From: Paramoeba atlantica
Taxonomy: Eukaryota; Protista; Discosea
Assembly (NCBI GenBank): GCA_977017575.1
Contig: CDRNVI010000168.1
Location: forward strand, 64,099-128,098
Direction: 5' to 3'
DNA length: 64,000 nt
Positions 59,886-64,000 of the stretch are shown here, in pieces (positions within the stretch are counted from its first letter, which is position 1; every line of letters begins with the position of its first letter). The notes beneath the pieces were generated by a model. It had not been told where the DNA came from, ran no database searches, and worked only from the letters and a program-made list of their open reading frames with translations. Position numbers and translations under genes: made by a program.

Positions 59886-62800
59886 ATGGCTTTTCCGGGG
59901 ATCAAACAAGTCCAGGGCTTTCCTGGGACACGGCAGCATGCTGTTGTTGATGCAACGGCAGGTTTTTTTTTTTCAACCAAGAAGATTGGAAAAAACAGAG
60001 AGAAAGGAAAGAGATGAAGAGAATGTGGGAGAAAAAAAAAAAACTCTAAAATGTGAAATGAAAAAACAGATAATTCTCCACACCCTTTTCCTGGAATCAG
60101 ACAACATGCAGTTGTTGACAACACAAAAAGAAGTTCAAATTTCTTTTCTTTTCTCTCCTCTCGTTTCCACCACCCTCCTTTTTCTTGATCCATTCCCTTC
60201 CTTTTTTCTCCTCTCCCATCTCTCTTTCTCTTCAACGTTTTCTCTTCAACGTTTTCTCTTCTCTTCCTTGAAAGAAATTCCCTCTCTTCTTCTTCTCTTT
60301 CTTTCAATTGTTAAAAGATGAAAAAGCAGGTAGTGGCAGATCTATCACATTGGATAAAATCAAAAGTGGGCCAACAAGTCCTTCTGACGCAGCCTCTGGG
60401 CCATCTTCTCCAAGAGATATTGTTTTGGAGGCTGATTTTCGAGCTCAACAACTTGATATTGTTCCTGGTGGTGTGTTCGCTTTGAAGGTTTTTCTCTTTT
60501 TCTCTTTGATGATTCTCTTTTGTTTTTCTCTTTGGCAATGTCTCCATTATGAGAAATATTTTGGTGACAATATTTCTTTTTATTCGATCTTTTCTCCCTT
60601 TTCCTTTCTTTTTCCCCCATTTAAATAACCAATCTTCTCTCATGATGATTAGGATTTGAGACGACTCCATTTGGATGACAATAGCATCAAAGAAATACCA
60701 GAAGCAATTGCCCACCTTACTTCTCTCAGACAACTCACATTGAAGGGAAATGGGCTCACTTCTCTCCCATTTACGATTGGAAAGAACCAAAATTTAATTT
60801 TATTGGATTGTCGAATGAATGAATTGAACTCGCTCCCCTCTTCTTTGGAAAATCTGACCTGTTTGAGACATCTTCTTCTTCGTTCTAATTGTCTTGAGAC
60901 AATTGAGTTGGATGTTCAAGATAAAGTCGAACAAGAGAAGGAAGAAAAGGAGGAGGCGAAAGAAGAGCAAGGAGAGGAAGAGAAAGGGAAGGAAGAGAAA
61001 AAAAGGAAAGGGTCAAAAGCATCAAAAAGAGAAAAAGGAAAAGAAGAAGAAGAAGAGAAAGAAGAAGAGAAAGAAGAAGAGAAAAAAGAAGAGAAAGAAG
61101 AAGAGAAAGAAAACGAAACGGGTAAAAAGTGTATTTTTCCTCTTTCTGTGGAATATGTTGATTTACAAGACAATCGAATGACTTTTCTTCCTCCTGATAT
61201 TGGCTTGTATCGAAATATTACTCTTTTGAGGTTGGCGAGTAATGCCATTATGAGTTTGCCAGACGGTTCTTTTTTTGTTGTCGTTTTATTTATTCTTTAT
61301 TTCTTTTTGAAAATGTTTTGAAACGTTTTTTTGTTTGTGCTTATTTTTTTTTGGTTACTTTTGTTGTTCCGATTGAGTTCTAACATCTTTCTTTTTCTTT
61401 TTTAGAATTTGGAGATTTGGAATCACTTCAAGAACTCGATTTATCAAACAATTTATTGTGTTTTCTTCCTGAGTCTTTTCAAAATTTGAAAAAACTTCGA
61501 GGTTTGATTTTTTTTTAATTCAGTCTTTTTAATTTTTTTATATTAATTTTCTCTCCTCTCCCTCTCTTTCTCTCTCTCTCTCTCTCCTTTCCAACCCACA
61601 GACTTAAATATCTCAAACAACAATCTTTCAATTTTCCCTGAACCGATCTTCCCTCTCTCTCTTTTAACAACTCTCGATATCTCTCACAACTCCATCAAGT
61701 CTATTTCTCCAGGAATTCGAAATTTAACTCATTTGAAATCTCTTTTGATTTCAAACAATCATTTGGAGACTTTGCCTGATGAATTTTGTTCTCTTCTTTT
61801 ATTATCGAGGTTTTCTTCCTTCTTTTCTCTTCTTTTGACAACTTCTTCTTTCTTATTCAAAAACATTTTTTCAGGTTTGATATGTCTGAAAATAAAATCC
61901 AAGATCTCCCAGAAGACTTTGGAAATGATCTTCGCCATCTCGCATATTGGTCGATATATGGCAATCCTGTTGCAAGAAAAACATCTGTGACGTCCCCTCA
62001 TTATGTCAAACTGATCAATTTGAGGACTGTTGTCTTGGAAGGAGCAATTCCTTATCAAGTTCTTCGAGGTGGTGGACAGGTTTGATTTGATTTTTTTTTG
62101 TTTTGATTATTTTTTTAGTGTGTTTCTTTTGATCTTATTTTTTATTATCATTATTTATTATCACTTATTTTGATTGTTTTTTTGTGGCTTGCGATTTCTT
62201 TCTTTTTCTTTATTCTGGTGTTTTTCTTCTTGCTCTCTTGCTCACCATTTTTCTCTTTTCTTTTCCAGGTGAAACTTAAAGCGTCACCGACACAAGCAAA
62301 CAGAAGTAAATTGATTGAAGAGAGAGAGCAAACAAAAGAAGAGAAAGAGAGACAAGAATCAGGAAGAGAGAAAGAGAGACAAGAATCAACAAGAGAGAAA
62401 GAGAGACAAGAATCAGGAAGAGAAAGAGAGAGACAAGAGTCAGTAAGAGAGTTCGGAAGAGATACTTTCTCAAAGAAAACTTTTTCGAAGTTTTCTTTTT
62501 TTAAGGATAAAGGAACTACACCAAGGTTTTTTTTTTCTTTTCTCTTTGTCTCTCTTTTCTTCTCTTCTTCTTCTTTGTGACCTCCTTCTTTTTGTCCTCT
62601 TTCTCAACCACATCACCAAAATAGGACAAGTCGAACGAAAAAAAAAGATGAAGAAAAGGGAGAGAAGAAAGAAGAAGAAAAAAGGGAAGATGAGAAGGAA
62701 GAGAAGGAAGAACAAGAAAAGAGAGAAAAGAAAGAAGAAGAAAAGAAAAAAATGAGAAAAGATAAGAAAAGAACTCTGCGAAAAAGTGAGGGAGAAGAAA

Positions 62801-64000
62801 GAAAAAAAGAGAAGAGAAGTCGAATCAAAAGAGATAAAGGAGAAGAAGAGAAGAATGGGGAAGAAGAGAAGAATGAAGAAGGGAAAGAGAAGAGTGGGGA
62901 GAGAGACGAAGAAGGGAAAGAAAAAGAAGGGGAGAGGGAAAGAATTGACAGTGAGAGAGAAGGAGAGAAAAGAGGAGAGGAAAGAGAAGGTGGAGGAGAA
63001 GAAAGAGAAGAAAGAGAAGAAAGAGAGGGAGAAAAGGATGGAGGAAAGGTAGAAGAGAGTCAAGGAGAGAGAGAAGGGGAGAGAGAGGAACAGGGAGAGA
63101 AAGAAGGAGAGAAAGAAAAAGAGGGAAGAGAAGAAAAAGATGGAGAGAAAGACGGGGAGAAAGAAGGAGAGAAAGAAGGAGAGAAAGAGGAAGGAGTGAA
63201 AGAAATCTCTTTCAACAAAGAAGATCTTCTTGCATCTTTAGCTTGTTTTGAAAATGATTCTTCTCTCTCTCCTTCTTCTTCTCCTGCTCTAAATCCTTCT
63301 TCTATTACAAATTCTCTTTTTGAAGAGAGTGCCAATCTTGTTTTTGATCTCCCTTCTGAGTTTGTGATTAGTACAGATTTATATCTTGGTGAAGGAGAGG
63401 GAGAGAGAAGAGAAGAAGGAGAAGGAGAGAGAGGAGGAGAGGGAGAAAGAGAGGGAGAAGAAGAAAAGAAATTGTTTCTTGATTTCGGATCAGCCGATGC
63501 AATAAACAAAAATGGATTAAGAAGAGGGAAAAAAGAACCAATGAAAGTGGGGGGAAAGAGAGTTTTTATGATGGAGGATAAACATATTTGTTTGCCTTCT
63601 CTTTCTGGTGATCCTCAGAAGGCTCTTTTTTGTGTCTTTGATGGTCATTCAGGTTTTTTTTTTTGTTTTTAATTTTTAATTTTTCTTTTGTAAATTCCCC
63701 CCCCCTCTTTTTTCCCATTTTCTTTCTTTCCTTCTGTTTTATTTTCTTTCCTGACAAGAGAGGTTCAATTGAATTTTTTTCTTTTCCTTTTTTTTAATGT
63801 TTTTCTTTCTTAGGACCTGCTGCAGCAGAACAATGTGTTGAAATTTTACCTGGTGTGTTTCAACGTTGTCAGGCTGAGACGCCAAGCGAAAGAGATTGCG
63901 GTTTCTTCTCTTTTCCTCTTTTTTTTCTCTTTTCTCTCTTTCTTCTCCTTCCGTTTCTTCTCTCTCCCTCTCCAATCCAATCCTTTCTCTTTCCCCTTTT
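59886..64000 (+). CDS. LRR plus PP2C (PPM) phosphatase-domain protein, 3'-truncated by the window end
   Basis: Many LxxLxLxxN repeats, E/K/R-rich linkers, then MEDKH and LFCVFDGHSG (PP2C motifs 1 and 2), followed by GPAAAEQC. 5' end uncertain. Confidence 0.8.
62341..62448 (+). repeat. 27-bp tandem repeat x4 encoding EKERQES(G/T/V)R
   Basis: gagaaagagagacaagaatcaggaaga repeated with few substitutions. Confidence 0.85.

Noticed and set aside
1-64000. Alternative genetic code, selenocysteine, CRISPR arrays, transposase or RT genes
   Set aside because: TAA, TAG and TGA all end conserved genes at expected positions. I saw no in-frame stops in conserved exons, no repeat-spacer arrays and no transposase or RT motifs.

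Overview
AT-rich, gene-dense eukaryotic (protist) nuclear DNA in the standard genetic code, with many short, mostly GT-AG introns and abundant purine/pyrimidine low-complexity tracts. The gene set (LimE-type LIM, Rac expansion, sedolisin, CCDC93) suggests a free-living amoeba; this is an inference. About 35 genes or gene fragments are supported. Housekeeping genes: ARP5 (with an intronic tRNA-Asn), TRAPPC6, CSN7, CCDC93, NAD kinase, bystin, CD2BP2, TPP1-like S53 protease, P4H, 3-beta-HSD, MBOAT, GST, TMX. Most interesting accessory loci: (1) a 935-aa eEF2 paralogue lacking G1-G3 but keeping the diphthamide loop; (2) three tandem histone H4 variants with rewritten tails and substitutions concentrated at the H2B interface; (3) three Rac-like GTPases lacking Q61 and CAAX but carrying N-myristoylation motifs and a C-terminal NVKGAKR, plus a P-loop-less Ras-fold gene with the same termini; (4) bacterial-type DUF5602-like and family II PPase genes retargeted to membranes; (5) a duplicated 2OG-Fe(II) oxygenase with swapped N-terminal modules; (6) a membrane-anchored/secreted paralogue pair. 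All family calls come from motif recognition by eye; no database searches were run.
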